Source of the DNA: Takakia lepidozioides
Lineage: Eukaryota > Plantae > Bryophyta
Length of the DNA: 64,000 nucleotides
Direction: 5' to 3'
Assembly: GCA_030704615.1 (NCBI GenBank)
Contig: CM060733.1
Location: forward strand, 18,104,001 to 18,168,000
A program made the position numbers and the translations under genes. Positions 52,166 through 64,000 of the stretch are shown piece by piece. Below the pieces are notes generated by a model, which worked only from the letters and a program-made list of their open reading frames with translations, was not told the origin of the DNA and ran no database searches. Numbering within the stretch: position 1 is the first letter of the stretch; every line of letters begins with the position of its first letter.

Positions 52166-52360
52166 CGCTCCCTTGCTTAAAGTACCTTCCTCCCCTCGCT
52201 CTCTCTTCCATGCACTTGACCTAATTAGGGCAAAACCTGGCGAAACCTGGCGAAACACCACCCTGCTTCCGACCGACCACCGAAGGCGTGGTGTCGTGGC
52301 ACGTGCATAGTGACACGACTCACCGCAGCCAGTGGATGCAAGTAAGCATTCATTGAAACA

Positions 52361-52794
52361 TTGGATGAGATATTATAGTGTTCATCCATTAAATGGATGT
52401 TTAGTGCGTATTCGTCGCGTATGTTGGATGAGGTAATACCTAATAGGACGCCCTTGCAATAGAGCGTTTTGGATGAGGAATTCTAGCGTTCATCTATTAA
52501 ATGGATGTTCAGTGCGTATTCGTCGCGTATGTTGGATGAGGTAATACCTACTTAGGACGCCCTTGCAGTAGAGCGTTTTGGATGAGGTATTATAGAGTTC
52601 ATCCATTAAATGGATGTCCAGTGCGTATTCGTCGCGTATGTTGGATGAGGTAATACCTAATAGGACGCCCGTGCAATAGAGCGTTTTGGATGAGGTATTC
52701 TAGTGTTCATCCATTAAATGGATGTTCAGTGCGTATTCGTCGCGTATGTTGGATGAGGTAATACCTAATAGGACGCCCTTGCAATAGAGCGTTT
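52361..52794. repeat. Tandem repeat, 4 x 108 bp
   Basis: Units start at 52361, 52469, 52578 and 52686; each has a CATCCATTAAATGGATG-type inverted repeat. Confidence 0.93.
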
Positions 52795-53027
52795 CCGAGT
52801 TCTTACCCACACGCGCTCTTCCGCCATAGCTCGGATTTCTTGAGCTCCAAGCAACGTCGCAGGTGCATGAAAGCAGGCCAGTTTGTTCGTGGTTTGGCAT
52901 CCAGTACAAGTGAGTTTTCTTATTGGATTGGAATTTTCGGAATCCGTGGTGCCTGCATATCTCGGATCTCGGAAAGGTACGCTTGAGAACCGATCTCCAG
53001 AGATACGTAGTTGTGAAGTTGAGAGCA

Positions 53028-53636
53028 ATGGCAGGGCAGCCTCCAGTGATACCAGTGTCTCAGGGAGTGGCGCCGACCAACACGCCAGCGGGTGTTGCTC
53101 TCTGGTCACGGGGAACCGAAGCAGTTCAAGTTGCGCTGGCTCAAAAGCGGCCATGGACGGAGATGGTGGATCGATCAGCATTCGCCAGACCTGAGTCCCT
53201 CAGTGACGCAACCAGTCGCATTCGCAAGAATCTGAGCTATTTCCGCGTAAACTACGCTATCATCCTGATGGTCACCATTGCATGTAGCTTGCTGTCGCAT
53301 CTCGTCTCCCTCTTTGTCTTGCTGTTATTGGTGGCAGGATGGACTTACCTGTACGCCGTTCGAACGGAGCCCCTGGTTGTGTTCGGCAGGACATACAATG
53401 AAAAGGAGGTTCTGGCTATCATGAGTGTGTTCACAGTTGTGGTGGTGCTGTTGACAAGTGTTGGATCTTTGATTATGTCCTCCGCGATGATAGGGGCGCT
53501 GATCATTGCTGCTCATGGTGCTTTCCGCGTGCCTGATGATCTCTTCCTGGACGATCAAGAGGCATCGGGTGGTTTCTTGTCATTCTTGGGGAGTGGAGCT
53601 AGCGGTATTCCACCCGTTGTTGTAAGCCATGTGTAG
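53028..53636 (+). CDS. PRA1: PRA1 family protein (prenylated Rab acceptor, PRA1.B-like), intronless, 202 aa
   Basis: RPWTEMVDRSAFARPESLSDATSRIRKNLSYFRVNY...HGAFRVPDDLFLDDQE with hydrophobic segments. Confidence 0.95.
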   Translation: MAGQPPVIPVSQGVAPTNTPAGVALWSRGTEAVQVALAQKRPWTEMVDRSAFARPESLSDATSRIRKNLSYFRVNYAIILMVTIACSLLSHLVSLFVLLLLVAGWTYLYAVRTEPLVVFGRTYNEKEVLAIMSVFTVVVVLLTSVGSLIMSSAMIGALIIAAHGAFRVPDDLFLDDQEASGGFLSFLGSGASGIPPVVVSHV

Positions 53637-54810
53637 GCTACTGTCCCTCGTTCTGTAGATTTCTTCTCCCTTTCTTCGCTTCATCATCAACGTTCTCCGT
53701 TGCCATTGCCGTTTCTCTTCCTCTCTGCACGAGCAGGCAGGAGGGCACTATGTACAAAAACCATTCTGTTTCCTGTTGATGGAGCATGTGGAGGTCTCAC
53801 CCACTTCTATGCTACTTTTAATTTGTCTCAAATATTCTCTCCTTCTGTTACAATTTTCAATTTGCCTTCTTGCCTCCCAGCCAGTGAACCCTGACATCTT
53901 TGTAAGTAGAAGGATATAAAGCAGTGCCAGCTATTCTCAAGTGCTGGAGTTGCAGCTGCACCACAATTATTTGGCAACATACTTCATGCAATTGTGCTTG
54001 TTGAAGCTTTTGGAGGTATGAAGACTGGCTTTGATTAAACAAATTTGAGCTCAATAAGGGGCAGGTCTAGCTTTGCCAACACGGATGCTGGCCATGGAGT
54101 ATTTGGCTTCTGAGAAAAATTATAGGGTTTTGACTTACTTGGAGTATGATAGGGAAAAGAGAGGGATGCTAGCTAGTGCTACTCTTTCAATCAGATTACA
54201 TTAGGTGCGAGCAATTTTTAGACAGTCACAAGTGACCACTGAACTTTATTTATTGTGAAATGTAGTTGTTTCAGTCTTGGGTACTTACAGAGTCCCCCAA
54301 AGTTGACAGCTCCTACAGTCCACCATATTTGGGGTTGAAGTGGGCGAGATCCTTTTGTTGAGAATATAGATTGTTTTTTATGAACAACTTGCAATTTCTG
54401 AATATTGTGTACTTCATGGACCTTGAACTCTAGTGTATGTGGATTGTTGTGTCTGACACTGTTGAGTGCTATGGCATAGACCTTTCAATATAGGTGGTTT
54501 ACATCGAAGCTTGAGGTAGTTGAACTCTCGGCATTTACCTTCCTAGCTGTAAGACTGCTGTGGGTCTTAGAATTTTTTAAGGTGGGGACTATCTGGCAGA
54601 ACCTCAAGCTGTGGACATTGGATAGCATACAGAAACCTGGCAAGGGTTGATCCATGCCATCTGTTAATCTCACCAAGTGTGGGAGCAGACTACTGGAACC
54701 CCAACTTAACCCCAATATATTTAGTCTTCAGAGAGATTGTTTTTCTGTATCAAGTCTTCAATCAAGAGGAAGTTGAATTATTTTTATTGCCCACTCATCT
54801 GGGCAGAGCG

Positions 54811-55776
54811 AACTCATTGGCACCTCTCTTTTCTCCCTCTCCCCATATTGCCACACAAAGATGTGGGATATAGCACAATTGTTTCCTTCTGAGTTTTTTC
54901 TTGTGTTGCTATTCCCGAGAACTGAGGATGAGATTTGAATACCAACCCTAATACTCAACTATCATTGGTAGCATGGATGAAGGTATGACCTCATTGGCAC
55001 CTTTCTTTTCTCCCTCTCCCCATATTGCCACACGAAGATGTGGGATATAGCACAATTGTTTCCTTATGACCTTCTGAGTTTTTCCTTGTGTTCCTATTCC
55101 CGAGAACTGAGGAGGAGATTTGAATACCAACCCTTATACTCAACTAACCCTATTCCGCGTGCCGGGCATAGAGCTTACCCAACCACCATGTGAACGGGTG
55201 GGAACCACAGCATGCTCCAAAAACGTAGTTGAGGGGAAGAGGAGAGAAGCTTTCCTTTCGGAGAGAGAAGACCTCACGGTTGGTATGGCATCCATCCAAT
55301 GCATTCTTTTAGATACAATAGGAATACCGGGATACCAATCCTTATACTCAACTATCATCGGTAGCGTGAATGAAGGTATGAACTCAATCGCACCTCTCTT
55401 TTCTCCCTCTCCCCATATTGCCACACGAAGATGTGGGATATAGCACAATTGTTTCCTCCTGTTCTCCTTGTGTTCCTATTCCCGAAGATGTGGGATATAG
55501 CACAATTGTTTCCTCCTGTTCTCCTTGTGTTCCTATTCCCGAGAACTGAGGATGAGATTTGAATACCAACCCTTATACTCAACTATCATCGGTAGCATGA
55601 ATGAAGGTATGAACTCATTCGCACCTCTCTTTTCTCCCTCTCCCCCTATTGCCACAGGCAGATGTGGGATATAGCACAGTTGTTTCCAAATGAGTTTTTC
55701 CTTCTGTTGCTATTCCCGAGAACTGAGGATGAGATTTGAATACCAGCCCTTATACTCAACTATCATTGGTAGCATG
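54811..55776. repeat. Degenerate tandem repeat (~175-bp unit, ~4 copies) with a unique ~195-bp segment at ~55147-55340
   Basis: Repeated GCACCTCTCTTTTCTCCCTCTCCCCATATTGCCACAC...GATGTGGGATATAGCACAATTG...CCTTATACTCAACTA. Confidence 0.88.
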
Positions 55777-56080
55777 ACGGGAGGTCACGAGTCACAAGAA
55801 CTGTTGCCAGAAACTGTGGCCACTTATGGCACTTCCAGAACTTCCAAAACCTAGATATGCACAACTTCAGAGTACCTTTGCCAGAGGCTTTTGAGTCTGA
55901 TTTAAGTGGATGACTTAGCTACAAATCAGAACTGTTGAAGAGGAGGAAAATGCTGCCATTATTCGGAGTGTTGTGGCCAGACTGACAGGCCAGGAACACG
56001 AGCAACATAGCATGACTGTACTATGTAGGCAGCATAATCTCCACAACAACCCTCTCTGCTCTGAGGCATGGATGATACAA

Positions 56081-56385
56081 CTGTCATTCATTCATAGGGA
56101 TGGATGATCACACAGTGAGAGCTCGAAGGGAGGAGGACAGATGAATAGTTGGTGGACGATAAACCCGCCATTCATTCATACGGATGGATGATCCCACTGT
56201 GGGACGGGAGGAATAAGAGGAAGGAAGACAGATGAAGAGTGGGTGGACGATAAAACTGAAATTCATTCATTGAGATGGGTGATCACACTGTGAGGAGTAA
56301 GAGGAAGACCGATGAATAGTTGGTGTACGATAAGACTGTCATTCATCCATAGGGATGGATGATCACAAAGTGAGAGCTCGAAACG
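56081..56385. repeat. Degenerate tandem repeat (~75-95-bp unit, ~3.5 copies)
   Basis: Repeated CATTCATTCATAGGGATGGATGATCACA...GATGAATAGTTGGTGGACGATAA. Confidence 0.75.
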
Positions 56386-56669
56386 GAGAAGTGAGAAGAG
56401 GAAGGAAGGAAGGAGGAGCAGGAAGCTATGGAGTCAGACCTCACATTCTGTTTCCCGCGGAAGATGAAAAGCTTGGCGAGCGGGCGGGAGGATTGGTGAG
56501 GAGCACAAGCGCAGGGACAAGGCAACTTGCAAGGAGCTTCCTTGTAGGCTTTGGGATGCAGGAGAGAGACGGGGTTGTTAGTAGCAGAAATAACCATACG
56601 GGATTCTCCGTTGAGGGGAGGTATAGGGTTTAGAATACAGAGGAGGCCCCGCGGAGAAATAAGATAGAG

Positions 56670-59562
56670 ATGCGAGGGGTGGTGTATACCTCAAGCGGGA
56701 AGCTGTGGAGGCCCTGCTTGCTGCCACTTCTTATGCATTTGTTTTTCACAGCATGCGAGGCCAATGCTGGAGATGCACTCCCTTCCTATGGGTACTCGGA
56801 TCCTCTTCCTCTGTAATCTCTATTGGTTCTGCATGCGTGGAGTAATCCGAATGCAGGGTTTTTCCTTTTTCTTCTGATTGGTCAGAGCTTCCGTAGGTTG
56901 ATTCGCTTAAGAAATTGGCCCTACTTATCGTGGTTTCTGAGGTGTTTCTAGCGGTCGCGAGTTCTTGAACAGCGTGAACCATCAGTACACTCGTGTTTCA
57001 TTGTTTTAGTTTCAGCACAGTCTCCAGTCTGTGACGGACACAGATCTAGTTTTAGCTCAGTTTACTGGTATACGGACCTAACTACCGACAATCAACTGGT
57101 GATAGGAGGAAAATTTCTTCATCTTGGAGGCTGCACTCCGTGTTTCTCATCAGCTCCCGATCATGCTTTACGTAGGGTAACACAACTTGGGACACCCGCA
57201 CTGCTCCGTTATCACCAGCGCAGCTCCCTTGTTGAGTGCACTCGTGTCATCCCTGCAGTAAATATATCGAGGCTTTGCAGCCGCATAGGTGAATGCAGAG
57301 GCAAATGTAGGGCGTTTCCTGACTAGCATTCCAAATTCTCTCCAAAAGCTCAAACGATCTCCACAATCTGGGAGAGAAAAAGAAATGTATGCATGGAGAA
57401 ACCTACGGGAGGGAATGACTGATGATGATTTCCTGTCTTAGGAAAGACAAATTCTAGTGAATTCTTATTCCCCAACTTCTAATGTGAAGAAGATGTAGAA
57501 ATCAAACACCAGTATTTTCTAGTCCTGTTTTACTGAAGGCATGCTATGCATTGTAGTGACAGTCATACAATGCAAAACTTAAGGGAGAGCAGCATTGGTG
57601 AAATGGCAGGTACTGTGTGGAGAACTGTGAACAGAGTGGGTGCGTAGATAGCCTCTGCTTCAACAGCTGCACCTTACCTGTCTCTGGGGTAAAATTGGAA
57701 GAGAATCCATCACATGCAAAGCTTATACATGTTGCCCGTGAAAAGTTCTTGAAAGAGCCTCTGTATCTACAGTGGAAGAAATGGGATTGCACAAGCGAAT
57801 GCCGGTATCACTGCATGCTTCAGCATGAGGTTGAGAGAGAATCCCGGGGGGATCCACCAGTGAAGTATCATGGCAAATGGCCATTCATCCGTATCTTCAG
57901 TTTCCAGGTCAGTCCTTTGTTTTATCACTGGATGGCCTTCCTGCTGCCTAAAGGATGCCACCAATACAGCACAGACGGGTCTTTGGATTTTTCTTGCTTT
58001 GTGCTTGCACATAGTAAGGAGATACACAAAGGGGAAAGGGAAGAAGGGGCTATTGTGAGATTGAACCGAAATCCCATGTTGGTCTGGTGAATATATGCAG
58101 GAACCGGCATCTGTTGCATTTTCTCTGTTAAATATACTCGTGCATTTTCAAGGGCTCTCAGCTTTTTTGGTTCAGTTGTACTACAAGCTTCCACTGCGTG
58201 CCCATGGTATAAAGGGCCCATACTACGAGTATGCAGGCCTCTGGACCATTTATGGCATTTTGTCTCTCAATTTCTGGATTTGGAGCATCATTTCCCACTC
58301 ACGGTGAGAAATTCCTAGCTCTATCTTGTGGCCTGCTACCGTGTTTCTTCTCTATTCATTTTAATGTTCTTTGGCCGTTTTCCGTATTTTAAAGGCCATC
58401 TGCATACTGTGCCTCACAGTTGGAGTGTATGTGCTATTTATAGTTGCTGGCACGTTTTAAGATAGGAGTTCAACTCCTGCCTCATCACAGAGGAACTAGG
58501 TCTATTCTATGGATGTAGAAACTTAAATTCAGTCGTGTCCAGACTGGAGGTTCTAATTTAGTTTTTAAGCATGTGGTTACATTTATTCTGGGGGTTTTGT
58601 CTGTAGGGATGTGGTTTTCACGGGGAAGCTGGACTATTCATCATCTATTGCATTAGTGGGATATTCTTTGATATTGGCAATCATTCGAGTGAGGAATGTG
58701 AAGGCTGAAGCAACTCGAGTAATGGTATCTGCTCCAATTATTGCATTTGTATCCACCCACATCTTGTATTTGAACCTCTACAACTTTGACTATGGTAAGT
58801 AACCTGTGCTGCAAGTTTGCAATCTACAACATCTCTGGCATGTTTACGTGATTCTATGTTTTTGCTTGTTAGCTAAAGGTATGCTGGATCTGTCTCTGGA
58901 TTGGTTGCATGTGTACTACATGAGAAGTGGACACAGAAGATTAGTGCTTTTCTCCTTGCCTGCCTACATCAGGGAAGATACTAGTACCTTTTTAGAGGTT
59001 CATAGTGGCAAAGGCTTTCAGTTATTATCACCCACATTGCTTTACAGCTTATCTGCCTGAGGCAATTTGTCTCATAGCACTGTTTGGCCCTCCTTTGGTT
59101 TCTTCTCCTGCTGTATCCAACTGCAGACTTCGTAAGTTGTAACAAGGTTTCAGCTGGTTAGTGCTTGTTGATAAGGGTAGATGAGATCTGCTTATTCTAT
59201 TTTGTGGCAAAATGTGTCTAACCATGGTTTGTGATGTTGCAGGTTTGAATGCGAGAGTACATCTTGTGATGGCTGTAGCACAGCTGTCTCTTTGGGGAAT
59301 CTGGGGTTGGGTTTCCAGTCACCCGGCTCGTTACAAGCTGTATATCGTAGTTCTTGGGGCAAGTCTAGGAATACTTCTGGATTTTTCCGACTTCCCACCC
59401 TTGTGGGGAGTGATTGATGCTCATGCCACGTTGCATGCAGCTTCACTTCCATTAAACTACCTATGGTGGAGCTTCATCAGGGCAGATGCCTCATTCAGGA
59501 CTGCAACACTGGCTAGCCGGACCCAGGCCTCAGCTATTAATGAGACCAAAAAAACACAATAA
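56670..59562 (+). CDS. PGAP3: Per1/PGAP3 post-GPI attachment to proteins factor 3 (multi-exon)
   Basis: Signal peptide then ANAGDALPSY; EPLYLQWKKWDCTSECRYHCM, VKYHGKWPF, QEPASVAFS, SHSR, KLDYSS, NFDYG, DFPPLWGVIDAHA; stop at 59562. Confidence 0.93.
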
Positions 59563-61180
59563 GTGGACAGCCTAGACTGGAGTTTGGGAGTAGAGAGCAA
59601 AGGATGTGGGGACAGTGGAGGCAGGGGCGCTTTATTTCCTTTTTGGTAGCTAGTAGTTACGATATTTTGGTGCAGGAACTAAAGGTGCGCCTTGGGATTT
59701 GGGCGGTATAAGTTTTGATCAATTTTCCAAATGAAAATTGTGGTCGGAGGGAGGCAGCCTCACAGTGGTAGCAGTCTCTGTTGATGCACAGTCAGAGTTT
59801 AGTTTTTGAGTAGCCCATAATGCAAATGCTGATCAGCATGGTCATCCACGCAGCTCTATCTTTCTATATTTCTTCCCATTTTGGTTGGGTAAGGTACAAA
59901 CATTGTTCTGACTGAACTCTTCAGGATTTTAGTGTAGTTGTGTTTTTACTGAAGATCACCATTCATATGGGCTCAACACTCTGGACATATGTTCCAAACT
60001 TACTGAATTCCAGAATATGTACTGTGCACCCTTCTTGGATTCTGCCTTGGCTACATCTTTTCTGGCATAGCTGTGTAGATGAGGGAAAATGTCCCACCAT
60101 GAGGGTAATCGCCCGTGTGGGCAGCCCTGCAATTTTAAGCTGCAGTAGTGTGTAGATGTACACCTTTGCATACTAAGCAGATCCCTCCTCTCATTTCTGT
60201 CTCTTCCTCCTCCCCCAGCCTCAGTGTTTGATTTCTGGAAAGGCAGCCCCTGATTCCGTGGGGCTTGCCCGCAGCCCAAGCCATTCAGTTACAGGGATTT
60301 GAATTTTGTAATGTATGTTGATTCGAGCAGAGCTGCTGCTCCTGCGAGAGGTAGAGCATAAATGTACTGTACCCATTGACCAATTATTCCAAACACCCAA
60401 CAACAGAATGGTTACATGAATCAAGTCTTTGTTTAGAGCTTGTATCCACAACACCTTAGTAACCATAACCTTACAACAGACACAGGGAGAGGGAGGGGAT
60501 GGAAATGACCAGAAGGTGATTGTACCCTTGTAGCATTTCTCTGGTCTGTTCTGTTTCTTGCCATACGTTGACTACAACTCTTGTGCTTAATGTCTGCTTT
60601 CTGAATTCTGAATAACACATCATATCTCCAGTCCAGGCGGCAAAAAAAACAGAGAAAACCCCTCTACATCTGCATGGATGTCAGCAGATACTATCAACTA
60701 TAGAGTCTGTCACCAAAAAGATTCACAAATCAGTGGACTTCAAAGGTACTAGCACATCCTTCTCTCCATATCTCTTTGCTTCTGTAATCACCATTGCTTG
60801 CCTTTTTGTTGGTATTAAGACTCTTTCCGCGATGACGGACAAGTACAGGTACCTGTACTTGGCCAGTATTCAATCACAGCCAGAGTAGAAGATGGCAAGC
60901 TCTTTTCCCTCAACCCCTTTGGATATCACAGCTCTCCCCTCTCCAGTTCTCCGTAGAGGCCCAGCTGAAAAATAACTTTTGTGCTTCATTCTCTTCTGTA
61001 AAGTCAATTTTGCTAGTCCGTTTGAAGCCTCCTGAACACAAGCTCCAAGGAAGCTGACATCAATGCCTTTGAGCTAAAATCAGAAGCAGTCTCTACTATA
61101 AAGATGGCTTCTGAAAGCCTGGCATTTTTGTAAGTGGTAAACTCATCTACTGGGTTACTTCATTCTGAAGCTGAGATCAA

Positions 61181-61900
61181 CTATGGGCGTGGAATATACC
61201 GGCTGGCATGATATTCAAATTGGTCCACTACTTGCCTCAATGTCTTCAGTTGAGCAGCCAGATTGCCCATGGTTTTCATCTCTTGGTTCAATCTCAGACA
61301 TGCATTGACAAATCGATTTCCCTTGGTGGCTGCATCGATGGCAGCACCCTGAAGAAGGCCCGCCGCCTCACTGTGGCACCGCATGTGCTCCACAGTGCTC
61401 TCGGTCACCTCAGAGAGTGCAGATTGAAGAGATGAGAAAAGGATTGAGAGGCTCTCTGCCACCGCCCTTGCATCATCCTCAACCGCCTTCACCATCCTTA
61501 CAGTCATCTCCACATCAGTCTCCCTTGCTTGTCCGATATGCGTTTCCACATCCGCAACATCGACTCCAGTACCTTCTCTTTCTGGTTCCCCGGCTTCTGA
61601 TAGCCCCGAGGTGGCCTCTACACCATCCCCAATCTCTGTGATCTGTCCTAGACCTCCCCCTGCGCTCCTGTCCTCGCCTCCAACTACCTCTCTCGCAGCT
61701 GCTTGGGCACCAGGTCCAGATACTTCGACTGTCTGCACCGAGTCGTCTCTCTCTCTGTTTCCAACCGCAGAACAAGATTCTAGTTCCGCTAGCGCTTCAG
61801 AGTCTCTGTCACCTTCGGCAAGGCTCGGTCCATACGATGCTGGTATTTCCATTTCCTCTGCTTCATCTCCTCCTTCGTCTCTGCCTCCCACATTCTCCAT
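61181..61900 (-). CDS. BLOC-1-related complex subunit 6 (BORCS6)-like protein, 239 aa
   Basis: Acidic disordered N-terminus and helical C-terminus VEDDARAVAESL...AAIDAATKGNRFVNACLRLNQEMK...LAAQLKTLRQVVDQFE. Confidence 0.75.
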   Translation of the reverse strand: MENVGGRDEGGDEAEEMEIPASYGPSLAEGDRDSEALAELESCSAVGNRERDDSVQTVEVSGPGAQAAAREVVGGEDRSAGGGLGQITEIGDGVEATSGLSEAGEPEREGTGVDVADVETHIGQARETDVEMTVRMVKAVEDDARAVAESLSILFSSLQSALSEVTESTVEHMRCHSEAAGLLQGAAIDAATKGNRFVNACLRLNQEMKTMGNLAAQLKTLRQVVDQFEYHASRYIPRP

Positions 61901-64000
61901 CCTCTCAAACCAATTCTCGTCCTTCCATAAGCAATCACCTCCACGCTTCCACGATAACCGCACATTACATTCTTATAAAGACTCCTTGATCACTAGAATC
62001 TGGCCAAATAACGATGAAAGAGATTTTAAACATATTTGGCAGGCACGCTGTATGTTTGGGAGATTACCAGCAGCGCTCCTGCCATTACAGCGCCAGTGCG
62101 GAAGCACCTCCGATCATCTGACAGATCCACTACACCTTCAAAGCACCTGATGTACTTACTCTGAATGTTTCTGGAATCCCATGTGCGCATCTACTGTACG
62201 TACCCCGATGAGATCAATTTCTGCAGATGTGGTTTGACTAAACATTACCCAACATTGTTCTTCCTGTCCCACGCCATCGCCATTAATCCTACTCCAATAT
62301 CACCGGACAGATTAACAGGTGAATGCGTACGGACGGAGAGATCGACTTCCCAAGGTGAGATGACGAGGTCGGGAAACAAGGTAACGAAAACCTATTGCCT
62401 GAACCCCATGTCGTCGGACGTTGAAAGCCTTTCAGTCGTCTCGCACAAGCAGGGATCGACCCTTCAAGCATGGGAAATGTAACTGCCCAACATTGCCATT
62501 TGCTTTCCAGATTACTAAATTCCCTCTACTTAACAGGACCCCAAATCATGCTCTGTGATGTAACTGCCATTTTTCTGGATCGTCAGCTTCTCTTGCATTT
62601 TGAGGAAGTGACCAGACTTCTGCATCAACATTTTCAGTGATATGGTGGTGTCAATTAAGCCCAAGGCAAGAGAGGCGCTCAAATGTAGTGGTATCGAAGT
62701 TTAAATTCTGTTGGGTGACGAGACTCTCGCTGCTCTCTCCTGGAGACTGGAGCGCTTCCGGAGAACGTCACCTGCGAACATGAACAGGCATACTAGAATG
62801 CGATTACTAACTCCAAAGTTCAACCTCTTTTGGGGTTTACATTTGCATCTCAAAGATGGCTTTGCTACTCATCGGAAACACATGAACAAATCCGAAGACC
62901 CATCCAACTGATGCTGAGATGAGTGAAGAGCCACCATCTAATCTTCTTTATGAGTGTTCAATGTGACCATGTAGCGATGAAGAGAGGCCATTGACAAAGT
63001 TGCTGGCTCACAAATAACCCAGTTTTAGGCCTGACTCTGGATTAAAAGCTATCAATAGTGAGATGAGTTTGATTTTGTTACAATTACACTCTTATGGTTG
63101 AATCTGATGTATACATTCCCTGAAAGAGGAGGGAAGACCCATCCGAAGAGAGGGAGATGAGGAGAGGCAGAGAAAAATCGGCAAAGAATGGATCAAGGTG
63201 GTTGACCATCTAATCAGTCTGTGGAGTCACAGAGGTCAACGATGTGATACTACTTCTGCTTCATTTAAGATGTGATACGGTTTATTGCGAGGCAAGTTTG
63301 TTTCACCGCAGCTTCAGCCATGGCGACCCCCACTCCATCCCAACATTCCTCGGATGAGACTGGGTCGCAAGACAGTCGTCCCCGAGTAGCGGCACCGCTG
63401 GCAGGGGCTGAAATTCGTGCTTCTATGGTGGGCTTTCCACCTCCATCTGCAAATTTTCTTGCACAAACCCAAAATTTGCGCTGAAAGCCACTAGTGGATG
63501 GGTCGAACTGTGCTGTAGGCTAAGAGATCAAAGGGAGAATATTATGCCATGTATCAATTTGAAATGGAGGAGGAAAGCCTCAGACAGATTGAGACTATTT
63601 TATTAGAAAATAATTTGGATTCTTTTTGGAGCAGATGGAGGGAGTTAAAGTTTGTAAGAGTCTGAAAAGCTTAACCTTGCACCCGTGTTGCTCCCTTCCC
63701 CCAAGAGGAAATGAATACAAAACTTCTGTAATGTGTTTTCATCATGATGATTGAGGCTTCTTGATTGTCCATCAGATTGTGTGGTTGGGTCAGTCTCAAA
63801 CCATTGTCTCTTCACTTCTTGTCTCTCGGCAAGACAGCCACGAGAATCAAAGGTAGTACTTCCACACCATGAATGCTGATTAAAGAGATAGTCCAGGAGG
63901 AGAGCAGAAGAGGAATAATCTGATCATGTTCTGTTGGTGTCGTGTAATATCAGCTGAAAATGGCCCGTCAATCCATTTCCGGCGGGGTCCAAGCCTCCCA

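Noticed and set aside
52361-52794. CRISPR array
   Set aside because: Whole units repeat; there are no unique spacers.
55147-55440. USE/TATA-driven snRNA or telomerase RNA gene
   Set aside because: The USE-TATA spacing (~80 bp) is far longer than in plant snRNA promoters, and the segment matches no snRNA or telomere template I recognise.
62000-64000. Coding exons at the window end
   Set aside because: No recognisable protein; may be UTR, intron or part of a gene outside the window.

Overview
This is intron-containing plant nuclear DNA. A non-seed land plant is my inference from the gene and TE content. The left ~40 kb is a nested transposon cluster. It starts with a very young, intact Ty3/Gypsy chromovirus (49-7019, TSD GCTGG). 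A degenerate L1-type LINE (~13300-40209) follows and is split by two insertions: a 21.65-kb Mutator-like element (13663-35316, 9-bp TSD AACAACCGA) and a 728-bp non-autonomous hAT element (37390-38117, 8-bp TSD). The large MULE is the most interesting object. It carries two diverged copies of a two-gene module: a GCM-DDE-SWIM transposase, and an intron-containing gene fusing a ParB/Srx-like domain (WDGNHR) to a permuted beta-class N4C/N6A DNA-methyltransferase-like domain. Each ParB-MTase gene has its own, different array of palindromic motifs inside an intron. All four genes carry stops or frameshifts in this copy. The right ~24 kb holds ordinary host genes: LdpA-like, Emi1/DUF3128-like, PRA1, Per1/PGAP3 and BORCS6-like. 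It also holds a U6 snRNA retrocopy fused to a putative LINE 3' tail and several tandem repeats. All family assignments come from motif recognition by eye; no database search was run.
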